Shown here: positions 10,339-21,917 of the stretch, piece after piece
Layout: each line of letters begins with the position of its first letter
How positions within the stretch are numbered: position 1 is the first letter of the stretch
Source: an uncultured bacterium
GTDB taxonomy: Bacteria > Planctomycetota > UBA1135 > GCA-002686595
DNA: 64,000 nt
Assembly: GCA_943787795.1 (NCBI GenBank)
Contig: CALSNU010000001.1
Location: 288,001-352,000 of the forward strand
Direction: 5' to 3'
Translations under genes and position numbers: made by a program
The notes under the pieces: model-generated
Database searches by the model: none
What the model saw: only the letters and a program-made list of their open reading frames with translations
What the model was told of the DNA's origin: nothing

Positions 10339-11118
10339 ATGACCCACAAGTACTGCACCGTCGAGAGCGATGGCGAGATCCTGATCGTCACCATCAACCG
10401 ACCGGAGGTGCTCAACTCCCTCGACGTCCCCTCGAGCATCGAGCTCAGCGAGGTCTTCGACGCCTTCGAGCAGGACGACACGCACCGCGTCGCGATCGTC
10501 ACCGGCGCGGGGGACAAGGCCTTCTGCGCCGGGCTGGACCTGAAGTCCCAGTCGGGCTCCACCGGTCTGCCCCAGTGGCCCATGTCCGGCTTCGCAGGGC
10601 TCACCGAGCGGTACGGCGGCACCAAGCCGATCATCGCGGCGGTCAACGGCATCGCGGCGGGCGGCGGGTTCGAGCTGGCCCTCGCCTGCGACCTGGTGGT
10701 CGCGGCCGAGGGCGCGCGCTTCAGCCTGCCCGAGGCCCGCATCGGGCTCGCGGCGCTCGCGGGCGGCATCCACCGCCTGTCTCGCCAGATCCCCCTCAAG
10801 CACGCCATGGGCATGCTCCTCACGGGCCGCTCGGTCCCGGCGGCGGAGGGCGTTCAGCTGGGCTTCGTGAACGAGGTGGCGCCGGCGGGTGAGCTGATGG
10901 CCACCGCGCGCCGCTGGGCCGAGCGCATCGCGGGCTGCGCGCCGCTCGCGATCCTCGCCACCAAGGAGGTGGCCATCGAGGGCATGCGCCACGGCACGGT
11001 GAAGGACGCCATGAACATGCGCTACCCCGCGGTGGAGCGCATGGTGAACAGCGAGGACTTCATCGAGGGGCCCAAGGCCTTCGTCGAGAAGCGTAAGCCG
11101 GTCTGGAAGGGCAAGTGA
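10339..11118 (+). CDS. Enoyl-CoA hydratase/isomerase (crotonase, CaiD-like)
   Basis: AFCAGLDL, KPIIAAVNGIAAGGGFELALACD, PEARIG, EGPKAFVEKRKPVWKGK. Confidence 0.93.
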   Translation: MTHKYCTVESDGEILIVTINRPEVLNSLDVPSSIELSEVFDAFEQDDTHRVAIVTGAGDKAFCAGLDLKSQSGSTGLPQWPMSGFAGLTERYGGTKPIIAAVNGIAAGGGFELALACDLVVAAEGARFSLPEARIGLAALAGGIHRLSRQIPLKHAMGMLLTGRSVPAAEGVQLGFVNEVAPAGELMATARRWAERIAGCAPLAILATKEVAIEGMRHGTVKDAMNMRYPAVERMVNSEDFIEGPKAFVEKRKPVWKGK

Positions 11119-12017
11119 TCCGGGTCGCCGCCGTTGCGCTCGCGGGGCTCTCCGCCTGCGCGGCCCCCCCGGCGTCGCCCGAGGACCCTTCCCTGGCGGT
11201 CCCGGAAGGCGTCGACGTGCTCGAGGTGGAGGCGGATCCCTCGGTCGTGACGGACCCCTCGCTGCGGGCCGCCATCGCGGCGACCGGGCGACCCTGGCGC
11301 GTTCGCCATCGCCGCTCCGGGATGGAGCTGCTCCTCGTCCCGCCCATGGTCTTCGAGCGCGGCGCCGCGCCCGGGGACAGCGAGGCCGCGGACGACGAGC
11401 GGCCCGCCCACGCCGCGGCCGTGACCGCGGCCTTCTACCTGGGCCGGTTCGAGGTCACGGCGGCCCAGTGGGAGGCGGTCACCGGCGAGCGTCCGAGCTT
11501 CTTCAGCGCCGTCAACGGCGAGGGGGCTCCTATCGAGAGCGTCTCCTACTTCGCGGGCCAGGCGTTCGCCTCGGCCGCGGGGCTGTCGCTGCCCACCGAG
11601 TCCCAGTGGGAGGCCGCCTGCCGCGCAGGCTCCTCGGAGCCACGCCACGGCCTGCTCGACGACGTCGGCTGGCACCGCGGCAACGCCGGCGGGCGCCCGC
11701 ATCCCGTGGGCTTGCTGTCGGCCAACGCCCTCGGCTTCCACGACATGCTCGGCAACGTGTGGGAGTGGACGCGGAGCGGCTATGTAGCGGACGAGTACGA
11801 CCGCTACGCGGACTCAGGGGGCGCGGCGCCCCTGGACGTTCGGGGGCACGCTCGCGGGACCCCACGCACCGTGCTTCGCGGCGGCTCCTGGTTCGATCCG
11901 CCCAAGCGGGCCCGGGCCTCCGCTCGCTACGCCACCGAACGAGACCTCGTCGCCGGTCACGTGGGCCTCCGCGCCGCCCTCGAGCTCCCCGCTCTCACCG
12001 ATCCCCGAACCCCATGA
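11115..12017 (+). CDS. FGE/SUMF1-domain lipoprotein, probably non-catalytic
   Basis: Lipobox LSAC; LPTESQWEAACRAG, NALGFHDMLGNVWEW, RGGSW; lacks the catalytic Cys pair after RGGSW. Confidence 0.85.
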   Translation: MIRVAAVALAGLSACAAPPASPEDPSLAVPEGVDVLEVEADPSVVTDPSLRAAIAATGRPWRVRHRRSGMELLLVPPMVFERGAAPGDSEAADDERPAHAAAVTAAFYLGRFEVTAAQWEAVTGERPSFFSAVNGEGAPIESVSYFAGQAFASAAGLSLPTESQWEAACRAGSSEPRHGLLDDVGWHRGNAGGRPHPVGLLSANALGFHDMLGNVWEWTRSGYVADEYDRYADSGGAAPLDVRGHARGTPRTVLRGGSWFDPPKRARASARYATERDLVAGHVGLRAALELPALTDPRTP

Positions 12018-13567
12018 GAAAGCACCGCCTCTGGATCCCTGGCCTCGTCCTTCTGGGCGCAGGCGTCAGCGTCGCGATCAGCGTGGCGCGGTCGCGGGAA
12101 GACCTCACCGAGGGCGCCCTTCAGCAGCTGGTGACCTTGGTGGTCGCTGTCCTCCTGCTGGTGCTCTGGTGGCTGTTCCTCTCTGGCTACCGCGCGATCG
12201 TGCGCCTCGGCGGGTTCGTGCTGCTCACCGTCCTCCTCGCGGCGCTGCGCCCCTTCGTGCACACCGACGGGACGTCCGGCTCGAGCATGCCCACGCTTCG
12301 CTTTGGGCTCGACGACCCGGCCGTCCTGCCGATCACGCTCCCGGAGCTGCAGGGGGATGCGGTCGAGGCGCAGCCCCTCCAGCTGGAGCCGGGGGACTGG
12401 CCGGGATTCAGAGGTGCACAGCGGGACAGCGTCGCCCGCGGCGAGACCCTCGGCACCCCCGCCGAGGCGAAGCTGCTCTGGAAGCGCCCGGTGGGTGAGG
12501 GGTGGTCGTCGCTGGTGCTCGTGGGAGACTGGCTGTTCACCCAGGAGCAGCGAGGTGAGTTCGAGTGCACCGTGGCCTACGACGCGGCGAGCGGAGAGGA
12601 GCGCTGGGTCCACGCGGACGAGGACCGCTACGACACCTACCTCGGCGGCGTCGGTCCGCGGGCCACGCCGACGTTCAGCCTCGGCGTGCTGTATACGGTG
12701 GGATCGAACGGCCGGGTGAACGCCCTCGAGGCCCACACGGGGCGGGTCCTCTGGACCCGGGACATGCTCGAGGATGGCGGCGGCGGCCTGATCGAGTTCG
12801 GGATCGCGTGCTCACCCCTGGTCCGGGAGGACACCGTCTACGTGGTCCCTGGCGTGAACCCCGGCGGCGGCGCGGGGTCGGCGGCCGCGGGGGTCCTCGC
12901 CTACGACCGGGCGGATGGGACCGTGCGGTGGAAGGGGGGGACGCGGCCGGCGGGGTACACCGCCCCCTGGGTCGGGACGTTCGACGGCGAGGAGCACCTG
13001 CTGGTCTTCGGGCTCGAGGGGCTCTCGGGTCACGACCTCGCCACGGGCGCCGAGCGTTGGTTCACCCCCTGGGCCAACACGTTCAAGAATGGCAGCGTCA
13101 TGCCGCTCGTGGCCGACGGCGAGATCCTGCTGAGCGTGTTCAGCAACGGCGCCAAGAAGGTCGCGCCGCGCCGCGCGGGGAGCGGGAGCGGCGAGCTTGC
13201 AGCCTGGGAGGTCGACGAGCGCTGGCGCCAGCGTCGCTTCCAGCTCAAGTTCAACGGCGGCGTGAAGCGCGGTGAGCTGCTGGTCGGCCTCGACGGTGGG
13301 CTCCTGGCCTGCATCGACTGGAAGACAGGTGAGCGCTACTGGAAGGAGGGCCGTCACGGCTTCGGCCAGATCCTCCTGGCCGATGACGGCCTCCTGATCC
13401 TCTCGGAGTACGGGGAGGTCATCGTGGCCGGCTTCGACCGCGAGGGGGTGACCGAGCGCCTGCGCTTCGAGGCCCTCGAGGGGAAGTGCTGGAACCATCC
13501 CGCCCTCCGCGACGGCCGCATCTACGTACGAAGCGACGTGGAGATGGCCTGCTACGAGCTGCGCTGA
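12014..13567 (+). CDS. Membrane-anchored PQQ-like beta-propeller protein
   Basis: ATG 12014 overlaps the upstream stop; three N-terminal TM helices; WPGFRG, GPRATPT, CWNHPAL. Confidence 0.85.
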   Translation: MRKHRLWIPGLVLLGAGVSVAISVARSREDLTEGALQQLVTLVVAVLLLVLWWLFLSGYRAIVRLGGFVLLTVLLAALRPFVHTDGTSGSSMPTLRFGLDDPAVLPITLPELQGDAVEAQPLQLEPGDWPGFRGAQRDSVARGETLGTPAEAKLLWKRPVGEGWSSLVLVGDWLFTQEQRGEFECTVAYDAASGEERWVHADEDRYDTYLGGVGPRATPTFSLGVLYTVGSNGRVNALEAHTGRVLWTRDMLEDGGGGLIEFGIACSPLVREDTVYVVPGVNPGGGAGSAAAGVLAYDRADGTVRWKGGTRPAGYTAPWVGTFDGEEHLLVFGLEGLSGHDLATGAERWFTPWANTFKNGSVMPLVADGEILLSVFSNGAKKVAPRRAGSGSGELAAWEVDERWRQRRFQLKFNGGVKRGELLVGLDGGLLACIDWKTGERYWKEGRHGFGQILLADDGLLILSEYGEVIVAGFDREGVTERLRFEALEGKCWNHPALRDGRIYVRSDVEMACYELR

Positions 13568-13618
13568 TCACCGCAGGGTGATCCGCCCGATCCTGGGGCG
13601 GCGGACTATCCTGGGGCC

Positions 13619-16588
13619 ATGATCCTCGCGCTCCTCGCACTGGTCCCCGTCGGCGGTGACGGGCCCGTGGACTTCGGGCGCGACGTGCTGCCGATCCTGT
13701 CGGAGTACTGCTTCGACTGCCACGGCCCCGACGCGGCAGCCCGCAAGGGCGACCTGCGCCTGGACGTGCACGACGACGTGCTGTTCGTGGTGGAGCCCGG
13801 CGCGCCCGAGGAGAGCGAGCTGCTCGCGAGGCTCGTGCACGAGAACCCGAAGCGGCTGATGCCGCCGCCCTCCACGGGGAAGGCGCCGACGGCGGCCGAG
13901 CGCGAGGTCCTCCGGCGCTGGATCGAGGAGGGCGTCGCGTGGGCCGGGCACTGGTCCTTCGAGCCCGTCGAGGCGCCGCTCATCCCCGCCATGTCGCTCC
14001 CGTCCGGGGAGCTCACCGGATGGGACCAGGACCCCCTCGACCTGCTGGTGCTGCACCGCCTCGGGGAGCAGGGCATGTCGCCTTCACCGCCGGCGGACCC
14101 GGCGACCTGGCTGCGTCGCGTACACCTCGACCTCACGGGCCTACCCCCGACCCTCGAGCAGCTGGACGCGTTCCTCTCCGGCGAGTTGACGGACGCCCAG
14201 GTCGTGGACGGGCTGCTCGCCAGCGACGCCCGCGCCGAGCACCGGACCCGCGAGTGGCTGGACCTCGCGCGCTACGCGGACACCAACGGCTATCAGAACG
14301 ACTTCCGCCGCGACCAGTGGCCGTGGCGCGACTGGGTCCTGGGCGCCTTCGCCGCGAACATGCCCTACGACCGCTTCGTCATGGAGCAGGTGGCCGGTGA
14401 CCTGATCGAAGGCGGCGGGCGCGACGCCGTGCTCGCCACCGGGTTCCAGCGCAACCACCGCACGGTGACCGAGGCGGGCTCCATTGAGGAGGAGTGGCGG
14501 GTGGAGAACGTGGCCGACCGCGCGGAGACCAGCGCGACGGCCTTCCTCGGCCTGACCGTGGCCTGCGCCCGGTGTCACGACCACCGCTACGACCCCATCT
14601 CCCAGGTGGACTACTACCGCTTCTTCGGCTTCTTCGATCAGGTGGACGAGAAGGGCGTCTATTCGGAGATGCGGGGGAACGTCCCGCCGCTCCTGCGGGT
14701 GCCGTCCCCCGAGCAGGAAGCGCGGCTCGCGGCGCTCAACGCGCAGGTTGCGCAGGAGGAGGCGGCCCTCGCTGCGCTCGCCGCCACCTCCGCCGAGCGC
14801 CACGCGGCGTTCCGTACGGCCAACCAGATGGTGGTGCCGGACCTGCCCGCCCCGCTCCTCAAGCGGCGGGACGCGGTCCTCCTGGACGGCACGCGCACCG
14901 GATCAGCGGACCTCGGGGGCCGGGTCGACTTCGAGCAGGACCGGCCCTTCACGGTGACCCTCTGGCTGCGGCCTGAGTCCCACGGCGCGGTCTACAGCCG
15001 GATGGAGGACAGCGACCGATACCGCGGCGTGGACCTGGTGCTGCTGGAGGACATGCGTCCTGCGGTGCACCTGATCCACGAGTGGACGGGGAACGCCATC
15101 AAGGTCGTGGGGGACGACCCTCTGCAGAGGGGCGCGTGGCACCACGTGGCCGTGGCGTACGACGGGTCGGGTAAGGCGGCTGGGGTCACCGTCCGCGTGA
15201 ACGGCGCCCCGGTCCGCCTGAAGGCCGAGGTCGACCGTCTGGACGGCACCCTCGCCACCGACGAGCCCCTGCGGCTCGGGACGCGGCGCTATGCGGGGGA
15301 GCTGAAGGGGGAGGTGCTGGACTTCCGGGTCGACGGCCACGCCCTGGGCGAGGGGGCTGTGCTGGCGCTGGCACGGGGCCGGGCCGTGCTCGAGGACGGC
15401 GGGCCCTTCTACCTCGCGGTGTTCGACGAGGAGGCGACCGGGGTGCGCCGCCGCCTCGCCAAGACGCGGTCCGAGCGGGAGCGGCTCGAGCGGGACGAGG
15501 TCCCGACGGCCATGGTGCTCCGCGACCGCGACGAGCCCCGGGAGACGCGGCTCCTGCGGCGCGGACAGTACGACCACCCGGATGGGGAGGCCCTGACCCC
15601 TGATGTCCCCGGGGTCTTCGGCGGGCTGCCCGAGGGGGCGCGCCGGGACCGGCTGGGGCTCGCGCGTTGGCTGGTGGACCCGACGAACCCGCTCACCGCG
15701 CGGGTCGCGGTCAACCGGATCTGGGCGAGCTTCTTCGGGCGCGGCCTCGTCGCGACAGCCGAGGACTTTGGGATCCGCGGCGCGCGGCCCGAGCACCCCG
15801 CGCTCCTCGACCACCTCGCCGCCGAGCTGGTGGCGAGCGGCTGGGACCTGCGCGCGCTGGAGCGGCGGATCGCGCTGTCGGCCACCTACCGCCAGACCTC
15901 CGAGGCGAGCGCAGCGGCGCGCGAGCGGGATCCGGACAACGGCTGGCTGGCAAGGGGCCCGCGGCACCGCCTGGATGCGGAGGGCGTGCGCGACCAGGCG
16001 CTGTTCGCGTCGGGGCTGCTCGTGCAGAGGGTGGGCGGCCCCTCGGTGAAGCCCTACCAGCCCGCGGGGCTCTGGAAGGAGCTGGCGGGCGGCGCCGGTC
16101 AGGGGGCGTACGTGGAGTCCACCGGGGACGACCTGTTCCGCCGCTCCCTCTACACCTACCGCAAGCGGACCGTGCCGCACCCCCAGCTCACCACCTTCGA
16201 CGCGCCGGGCTTCGAGCTGTGCACCGCGCGCCGGCCGAGCACCAACACGCCCCTCCAGGCGCTGGCGCTCCTGAACGGGCCGACCTATCAGGAGGCCTCC
16301 CGACACCTGGCGAAGCGCATGCTGGAGGCCGAGGGCGAGGAGGCCCGCCTGGCCCTGGGGATGCGCGCGGTCCTCTCCCGCGGGCCCACCGACGGCGAGC
16401 TCGAGATCCTCAAGGGCGCCCTCGGGCGGTACCGACGTGAGTTCGAGGCGGACTCGATGGCCGCGGTGGAGCTGCTGGGCGTGGGCGCCACGGCCGCCTC
16501 GCCGCGCATCCGTACCCCCGAGTGGGCGGCGTACACCATGATCGCCTCGACGATCCTGAACCTCGACGAGGCGATCACCCAGCGATGA
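13619..16588 (+). CDS. Planctomycete cytochrome c / DUF1549 / DUF1553 protein with a LamG-like insert
   Basis: CFDCHGPD and CARCHDH haem motifs; [46 protein letters not shown]. Confidence 0.92.
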   Translation: MILALLALVPVGGDGPVDFGRDVLPILSEYCFDCHGPDAAARKGDLRLDVHDDVLFVVEPGAPEESELLARLVHENPKRLMPPPSTGKAPTAAEREVLRRWIEEGVAWAGHWSFEPVEAPLIPAMSLPSGELTGWDQDPLDLLVLHRLGEQGMSPSPPADPATWLRRVHLDLTGLPPTLEQLDAFLSGELTDAQVVDGLLASDARAEHRTREWLDLARYADTNGYQNDFRRDQWPWRDWVLGAFAANMPYDRFVMEQVAGDLIEGGGRDAVLATGFQRNHRTVTEAGSIEEEWRVENVADRAETSATAFLGLTVACARCHDHRYDPISQVDYYRFFGFFDQVDEKGVYSEMRGNVPPLLRVPSPEQEARLAALNAQVAQEEAALAALAATSAERHAAFRTANQMVVPDLPAPLLKRRDAVLLDGTRTGSADLGGRVDFEQDRPFTVTLWLRPESHGAVYSRMEDSDRYRGVDLVLLEDMRPAVHLIHEWTGNAIKVVGDDPLQRGAWHHVAVAYDGSGKAAGVTVRVNGAPVRLKAEVDRLDGTLATDEPLRLGTRRYAGELKGEVLDFRVDGHALGEGAVLALARGRAVLEDGGPFYLAVFDEEATGVRRRLAKTRSERERLERDEVPTAMVLRDRDEPRETRLLRRGQYDHPDGEALTPDVPGVFGGLPEGARRDRLGLARWLVDPTNPLTARVAVNRIWASFFGRGLVATAEDFGIRGARPEHPALLDHLAAELVASGWDLRALERRIALSATYRQTSEASAAARERDPDNGWLARGPRHRLDAEGVRDQALFASGLLVQRVGGPSVKPYQPAGLWKELAGGAGQGAYVESTGDDLFRRSLYTYRKRTVPHPQLTTFDAPGFELCTARRPSTNTPLQALALLNGPTYQEASRHLAKRMLEAEGEEARLALGMRAVLSRGPTDGELEILKGALGRYRREFEADSMAAVELLGVGATAASPRIRTPEWAAYTMIASTILNLDEAITQR

Positions 16589-18021
16589 GCACCGACCAGC
16601 TCGACCTCCGGCGGTCCGCCGCCCTCGGCGCCGCCCTGCGCACCAACCGGCGCACGTTCCTCGGTGGCGGCGTGGCGGGCCTCGGGGCTCTGGCCCTGGG
16701 GAGCCTGAGCCCAGCGCTTGGCAGCTCACTCGCGCCCCGTTCGAAGGCCAAGGCCAAGCGGGTCATCTACCTCTTCCAGTCGGGCGCGCCCTCGCAGTTC
16801 GAGACCCTCGACCCCAAGCCGGGTCTCGTGGATCACTTCGGTGAGGAGCTCCCCGAGTCCGTTCGCAATGGGCAGCGCCTCACGACGATGACCTCGGGTC
16901 AGTCCTCCTTCCCGATCGCGCCGTCCAGATTCGGGGCCACGCGGCGTGGGGAGTGTGGGGCGCTGATGGGGGACCTGATGACCCACACGGGGGCCATCGC
17001 GGACAAGCTCTGCATCGTCCGCTCCATGGTGACGGACGCGATCAACCACGACCCCGCGATCACCTTCGCCCAGACCGGGTCCCAGCTCGCCGGGCGGCCG
17101 AGCATGGGGGCGTGGCTCTCCTACGGGCTCGGCTCCATGAACGAGGACCTGCCGACCTTCGTGGTGATGGTGTCCTCGAGCGCCACGAAGCAGCCCCTCT
17201 ACGCGCGGCTGTGGGGGAGCGGCTTCCTGCCGACGCGCCACCAGGGCGTGAAGCTGCGCAGCGGAGAGGACCCCGTGCTCTACCTCGCGAACGCCCCCGG
17301 CATCGACCGGGAGCGGCGGCGGGCGATGCTCGACGACCTCAGGCGGCTCAACGGCCTGCGGGACGACGAGGACCCCGAGCGCGATACGCGGGTGGAGCAG
17401 TACGAGCTGGCCTTCCGCATGCAGGCGGCGGTGCCGGACCTGACGGACATCTCCGACGAGCCGGAGTCGGTGCTGGAGCGCTATGGGCCCGACGTGCGCC
17501 GGCCGGGGTCCTTCGCCCGCAACTGCCTCCTGGCGCGCCGCATGGCCGAGCGCGACGTGCGCTTCGTGCAGCTCTTCCACATGGGCTGGGACCACCACGG
17601 CAACCTGCCGAAGGACCTGACCAAGTGCGTGAAGGACACCGACCAGCCCTCCGCCGCGCTGGTCCAGGACCTGGAGGAGCGCGGGCTCCTCGACGACACC
17701 ATCGTGGTCTGGGGCGGTGAGTTCGGGCGGACCGTTTACAGCCAGGGCGAGCTCACCAAGGAGAACTACGGCCGGGACCACCACCCGCGCTGCTTCCCCA
17801 TCTGGCTCGCCGGCGGCGGGTTCGCGCCGGGGGTCACCCACGGCGAGACCTGCGATCACGCCTACAACGTGGTGCGGGACCCCGTCTCCACCCACGACCT
17901 GCACGCCACGCTCCTGCACCAGCTGGGCCTCGACCACGAGCGGCTCACCTACCGCTTCCAGGGCCGCGACTTCCGCCTCACGGACGTGCACGGGGAGCTG
18001 GTCCGCGGCATCCTCGCCTGA
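16585..18021 (+). CDS. DUF1501 family protein with a Tat signal
   Basis: NRRTFLG twin-arginine; [35 protein letters not shown] coupling to the DUF1553 gene. Confidence 0.92.
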   Translation: MSTDQLDLRRSAALGAALRTNRRTFLGGGVAGLGALALGSLSPALGSSLAPRSKAKAKRVIYLFQSGAPSQFETLDPKPGLVDHFGEELPESVRNGQRLTTMTSGQSSFPIAPSRFGATRRGECGALMGDLMTHTGAIADKLCIVRSMVTDAINHDPAITFAQTGSQLAGRPSMGAWLSYGLGSMNEDLPTFVVMVSSSATKQPLYARLWGSGFLPTRHQGVKLRSGEDPVLYLANAPGIDRERRRAMLDDLRRLNGLRDDEDPERDTRVEQYELAFRMQAAVPDLTDISDEPESVLERYGPDVRRPGSFARNCLLARRMAERDVRFVQLFHMGWDHHGNLPKDLTKCVKDTDQPSAALVQDLEERGLLDDTIVVWGGEFGRTVYSQGELTKENYGRDHHPRCFPIWLAGGGFAPGVTHGETCDHAYNVVRDPVSTHDLHATLLHQLGLDHERLTYRFQGRDFRLTDVHGELVRGILA

Positions 18022-18094
18022 GGGCCGCTCGAACACGGGGAGGACCCGGCGCTCCTGCCGGGACATACCGCCAGCAGCCCCCTGCACCTCGCCC

Positions 18095-19516
18095 ATGCCG
18101 ATCGCCGCCGTCCTCTGCGCCCTCGTACCCGCGCTCCCCGCCCCTCAGGAGGAGGCCGCCCCGGCCGCCGAGCGCCCACCGACCCCCGGGCTGACGTCCC
18201 ACGCGGCGCCGCGGCCCCTGGCCGAGGGGGCGGTGACCGAGGACTGGCCGTCGTTCCTGGGGCCGCGGAGGGACGGGATCTGCCGGGAGACCCCGCTGCG
18301 CTCGGACTTCGGCTCCACGGCTCCGGCGCTGGTGTGGGAGCTGGAGCGGGGGGACGGCTTCGCGAGCCCGGCGATCGCGGACGGGCGACTGGTGTTCACC
18401 CACCGGGTCGGCCGGGAGGTTCACGTGGACTGCCACGAGGCCCTGACGGGCGAGCGCGTCTGGCGGCACTCGTTCCCGTGCGACTACTCGGGGCGCTACT
18501 TCGATCACAACGGTCCCCGGGCGACGCCCACCATCGCGGACGGGCGCGTGGTCGTGCACGGCGTGGGCGGTCTGCTGGTGGTCCTGGACTTCGAGGATGG
18601 CCGCGAGCTCTGGAGCTTCGACAGCACCGAGGTGCTCGAGGTGGGGGACGACTTCTTCGGCGTCGTCTCCTCGCCGCTGGTGGTCGACGACATGGTGGTG
18701 CAGAACTTCGGAGCGCCGGGCGGACCGAGCGTGGCGGCGCTCGACCTGGAGACTGGCGACCCGCGCTGGCTCGCGGGATCGGAGTGGGGTCCCAGCTGCG
18801 CGTCGCCGGTGCTCGCGACCATCGCGGGGGAGCCGCGCATCCTGGTCATCGCGGCCGGCGAGTCCCGCCCGCCGGTGGGCGGCCTGATGATCATCAGCCC
18901 CGAGGGCGAGGTCACCACGCGCTATCCCTTCCGGAGCCGGACGACCCTGAGCGTCAACGGGCCCAGCCCGGTGCCCATGGGGAACAGCGTCTTCCTCACG
19001 GCGGCCTACAACGTGGGCAGCGCCGTGCTGGACGTCGACGAGGAGGGGCGCGGCGTCGAGCGCTGGCGCGACCGTCGCTCGCTGGCCCTCGAGTTCGCGA
19101 CGCCGATCTTCACGGACGGGTTGATCATCGCCGTGGACGGCGTGTCGGGCCGGGCGGGGGCGCTGGTGGCCATCGACCCCAAGGACGGCAAGGAGCGCGC
19201 GCGCACGGCGCTGACCTTCGACCAGGAGATCGGGAGCGGCGACCGCAAGCGCACCCTCTCCACGAGCCTCGGCAAGGGCGCCGTGATGGAGGCCGATGGG
19301 GTCTTCTGGGCCCTGGGCGACACCGGTCAGCTGGTGACGGCGCGGCTCGGAGAGGAGGACTTCGAGGTCATCTCCCAGGCGCCGCTCTTCTACGCCGCCG
19401 AGACCTGGACCCCGCCGGTGATCTGCAACGGCCTCTTGTACGTCTGTCAGAACAACCCCGGCCGCGGGGACGGCTCCGCGAGGCGCCTGCTCTGCTACGA
19501 CGTGCGGGGCGAGTGA
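18095..19516 (+). CDS. PQQ-like beta-propeller protein
   Basis: Signal peptide; WPSFLGPRRDG, GPRATPTI, SSPLV, TWTPPVI. Confidence 0.85.
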   Translation: MPIAAVLCALVPALPAPQEEAAPAAERPPTPGLTSHAAPRPLAEGAVTEDWPSFLGPRRDGICRETPLRSDFGSTAPALVWELERGDGFASPAIADGRLVFTHRVGREVHVDCHEALTGERVWRHSFPCDYSGRYFDHNGPRATPTIADGRVVVHGVGGLLVVLDFEDGRELWSFDSTEVLEVGDDFFGVVSSPLVVDDMVVQNFGAPGGPSVAALDLETGDPRWLAGSEWGPSCASPVLATIAGEPRILVIAAGESRPPVGGLMIISPEGEVTTRYPFRSRTTLSVNGPSPVPMGNSVFLTAAYNVGSAVLDVDEEGRGVERWRDRRSLALEFATPIFTDGLIIAVDGVSGRAGALVAIDPKDGKERARTALTFDQEIGSGDRKRTLSTSLGKGAVMEADGVFWALGDTGQLVTARLGEEDFEVISQAPLFYAAETWTPPVICNGLLYVCQNNPGRGDGSARRLLCYDVRGE

Positions 19517-19522
19517 GGGGCC

Positions 19523-21719
19523 TCAGGCCCGCCGCGCGGGCCGCCTGCCGTTGAGCATCCACCCGATCGGCGTCGGGCGGATGAGGAGCGCGTAGGTGAG
19601 GAGCAGCGCCGCGAGGCACGCGGTCACCATGACCCCGAGCTTCTGCCAGGCCGGGAGCTCCCAGCGGGCCACGGCCCCCTGGAGCAGGAAGACCAGGGGC
19701 AGGTGGGCCAGGTAGATCCAGTAGGACGCGTCGGAGAGGTAGCGGACCCAGGCGCGCTCCCGGTGGAAGAGCTTCGCGGAGAGCCCGATCAGGCCGAGGG
19801 TCATGGTCCAGGCGAAGGCGGCCTGCATGACGGCGGGGATGAGCGCCTCGAGCTCCCCGCCCTTGGCGCTCTCAGCAGCGGCCCCCGCGGTGAGGAAGAT
19901 CACGATGGCGACGGCGAGCATCGCCGGCCAGCCGCGGGTGAGGCTGCGGGTGTCCGGGTCGAGGCCGCGGACAGCGGCACCGAACAGGAAGAAGACCCCG
20001 TAGTAGGCGAGCACCAGCGGGTCGAAGGCCAGGGCCGAGGACGTGCTGGGCCCGAAGAAGGTCAGCCCCGCGGTGCAGCATGATCGCCTGGAACGTCGCG
20101 GTCAGGGGGACGACGGCGATGAGGGCCAGGGGGGACACGTAGAGGGCCGAGTTGGACGCGGGGGTCCACCGGGCGGCGATGGCGAACACCGGGAGGCTGA
20201 GCACGAGCAGGCCCATGAGGTACCAGAGGAACCAGAGGTGCCCGAGGTCGAAGTCGGCGAGCTCTTCGAGGAGCCCGCTCCCGGGGGGGCTCGGGTCCAG
20301 GACCTCGACGCTCTCCGACGGAGCGCCGGCGAACACCGCCGCCGTACGGCGGACGCGGTCTGGCATGACGCCCAGGTCCACGTCGTACTGGACGAGGCTG
20401 GCCACGAGCTGCGTGAGCCCCTTGCGCTCGTCGCCCCAGGGCCAGAGGGAGAGCTCCATCGGACTCGTGCCGTCCCGGTTCCGAACCCCCGGGTCGGCGC
20501 CCCGGGCGAGGAGGACCCGGCTGGCCTCCGGAGCGGCCCAGAAGGCGGCGCTGTTCAGGGGCGTGCCCTGGGACCCGTCGCGGATCTCCAGGTCCGCGCC
20601 GAGGTCCAGGAGGAGCTCGCAGACCTCGGGCTGATCCGCGGTCGCGGCCCAGTGCAGGGCGGTGAGCTTGAGGTCGTCCCTGGCGTTCACGTCCTCGCCC
20701 GCGGCGATCAGGGCCTCGACCCGCTCCCGGTCACCGGCTCGGGCCGCCGCCCAGAGGTCGAGCTCCGCGCCGCGGGCGCCTACCTCCGAGCCCCCGGCGA
20801 CGTCCTCGAGGTCAAAGACCGAGGCCGTGGCGCGGACCCGGGCCGGCATGGCGGCGAGGTCCAGATCGAATCGGATGAGCCCTGCGACGAAGGTCGTGGC
20901 CACCAGTCGGTCCTCGGCCCAGGGCCACCTCGCCAGGTCCACCGCGCGGGTGCCGTCCTGGTTGCGGGCCTCCGGGTCCGCGCCGCGGGCCAGGAGGACC
21001 TCGCAGGCCGCCGCGGATCCCCAGAACGCGCCGCTGATGAGGGGCGTCGAGGCGGACCCGTCCCTGGCCTCGAGGTCCGCGCCGAGCTCGACGAGGAGCT
21101 CGCAGGCGGCGGCCTGGTCCTCGGTCGCCGCCCAGTGGAGGGCGGTCAGCTGGAAGTCATCCCTTGCGCTGAGGTCCTGTCCCTCCACGTCGAGCGCCCG
21201 GAGGCGCTGCAGGTCCCCGGCTCGGGCGGCGGACCACAGGTCGCGATTCGAATTCGTCGCCAGGCCCTCGGTCCCCCTCGGAGTCGAGCTCGCCCGGGAG
21301 GCCTCGGGCGCGTAGCGCAGCGCGAGGCCCTCGCCCACGGACCACTTCATCAGGGGGAGGATGGTGAAGCACGCGACGACCATGGGGACCAGGACTCTCC
21401 GGACCCGGTGCGAGATCAGGCCGCGCGCCCCACGCCGCTGCCAGAGCATCACTGCGAAGTAGCCGCTCAAGAGGAAGAAGAGCGGCATGCGGAAGCCGTG
21501 GATGAACGCGAAGAGCCCGGTCATCCCCTCCGTGCGGACCTCGTCGGTGATCGGCCAGGGGATGAACGACAGGGAGAGACACGCGTGGAGCACAACGCCG
21601 AGCGACATGGCGAAGCTCCGGACGGCGTCCAGGTCGTGGCGTCGGACCGATTCGGGGGCCCCGCTCGAGGGCGAGCTGGAGCGCGGGCTGGCGGTCGTGT
21701 CGACGGGGAGGGTCGTCAT
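19523..21719 (-). CDS. Acyltransferase-3 (OpgC/MdoC-like) with an internal ankyrin insert; +1 frameshift near 20065
   Basis: RRHDLDAVRSFAM, FRMPLFFLLSGYF, HLWFLWYL, then SDASYWIYLAHLP in the other frame. Removing one G from cgcggggctg joins ORFs 19872..21842 and 19523..20014. Confidence 0.85.
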
Positions 21720-21917
21720 GTTCGGGATCCGATCGGCTGGGGGCAGGCCCCCTCCACCTTCGCACGGACCGCGCGGGTATTCTCCGCGCGGGCTTCGAAA
21801 CCCCGGCTCAGCTCCCCGTTGGACCGAGCCCGGCCGGCCCACGGGCCGGCCACCCCTGGGCTCCGATGGCAGGGCACCGCGCGGGCCTCGGCCCGATGGG
21901 AGCCCGTTGGGGCCTGT

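Noticed and set aside
5753..10992. Long antisense ORFs (5753..7981, 7996..10992; likewise 20043..22769, 57173..58852, 59187..60953)
   Set aside because: They are shadow frames opposite well-supported genes, expected in high-GC DNA, and carry no motifs.
11115..12017. Active formylglycine-generating enzyme for sulfatase maturation
   Set aside because: The catalytic cysteines after RGGSW are absent and no sulfatase is adjacent.
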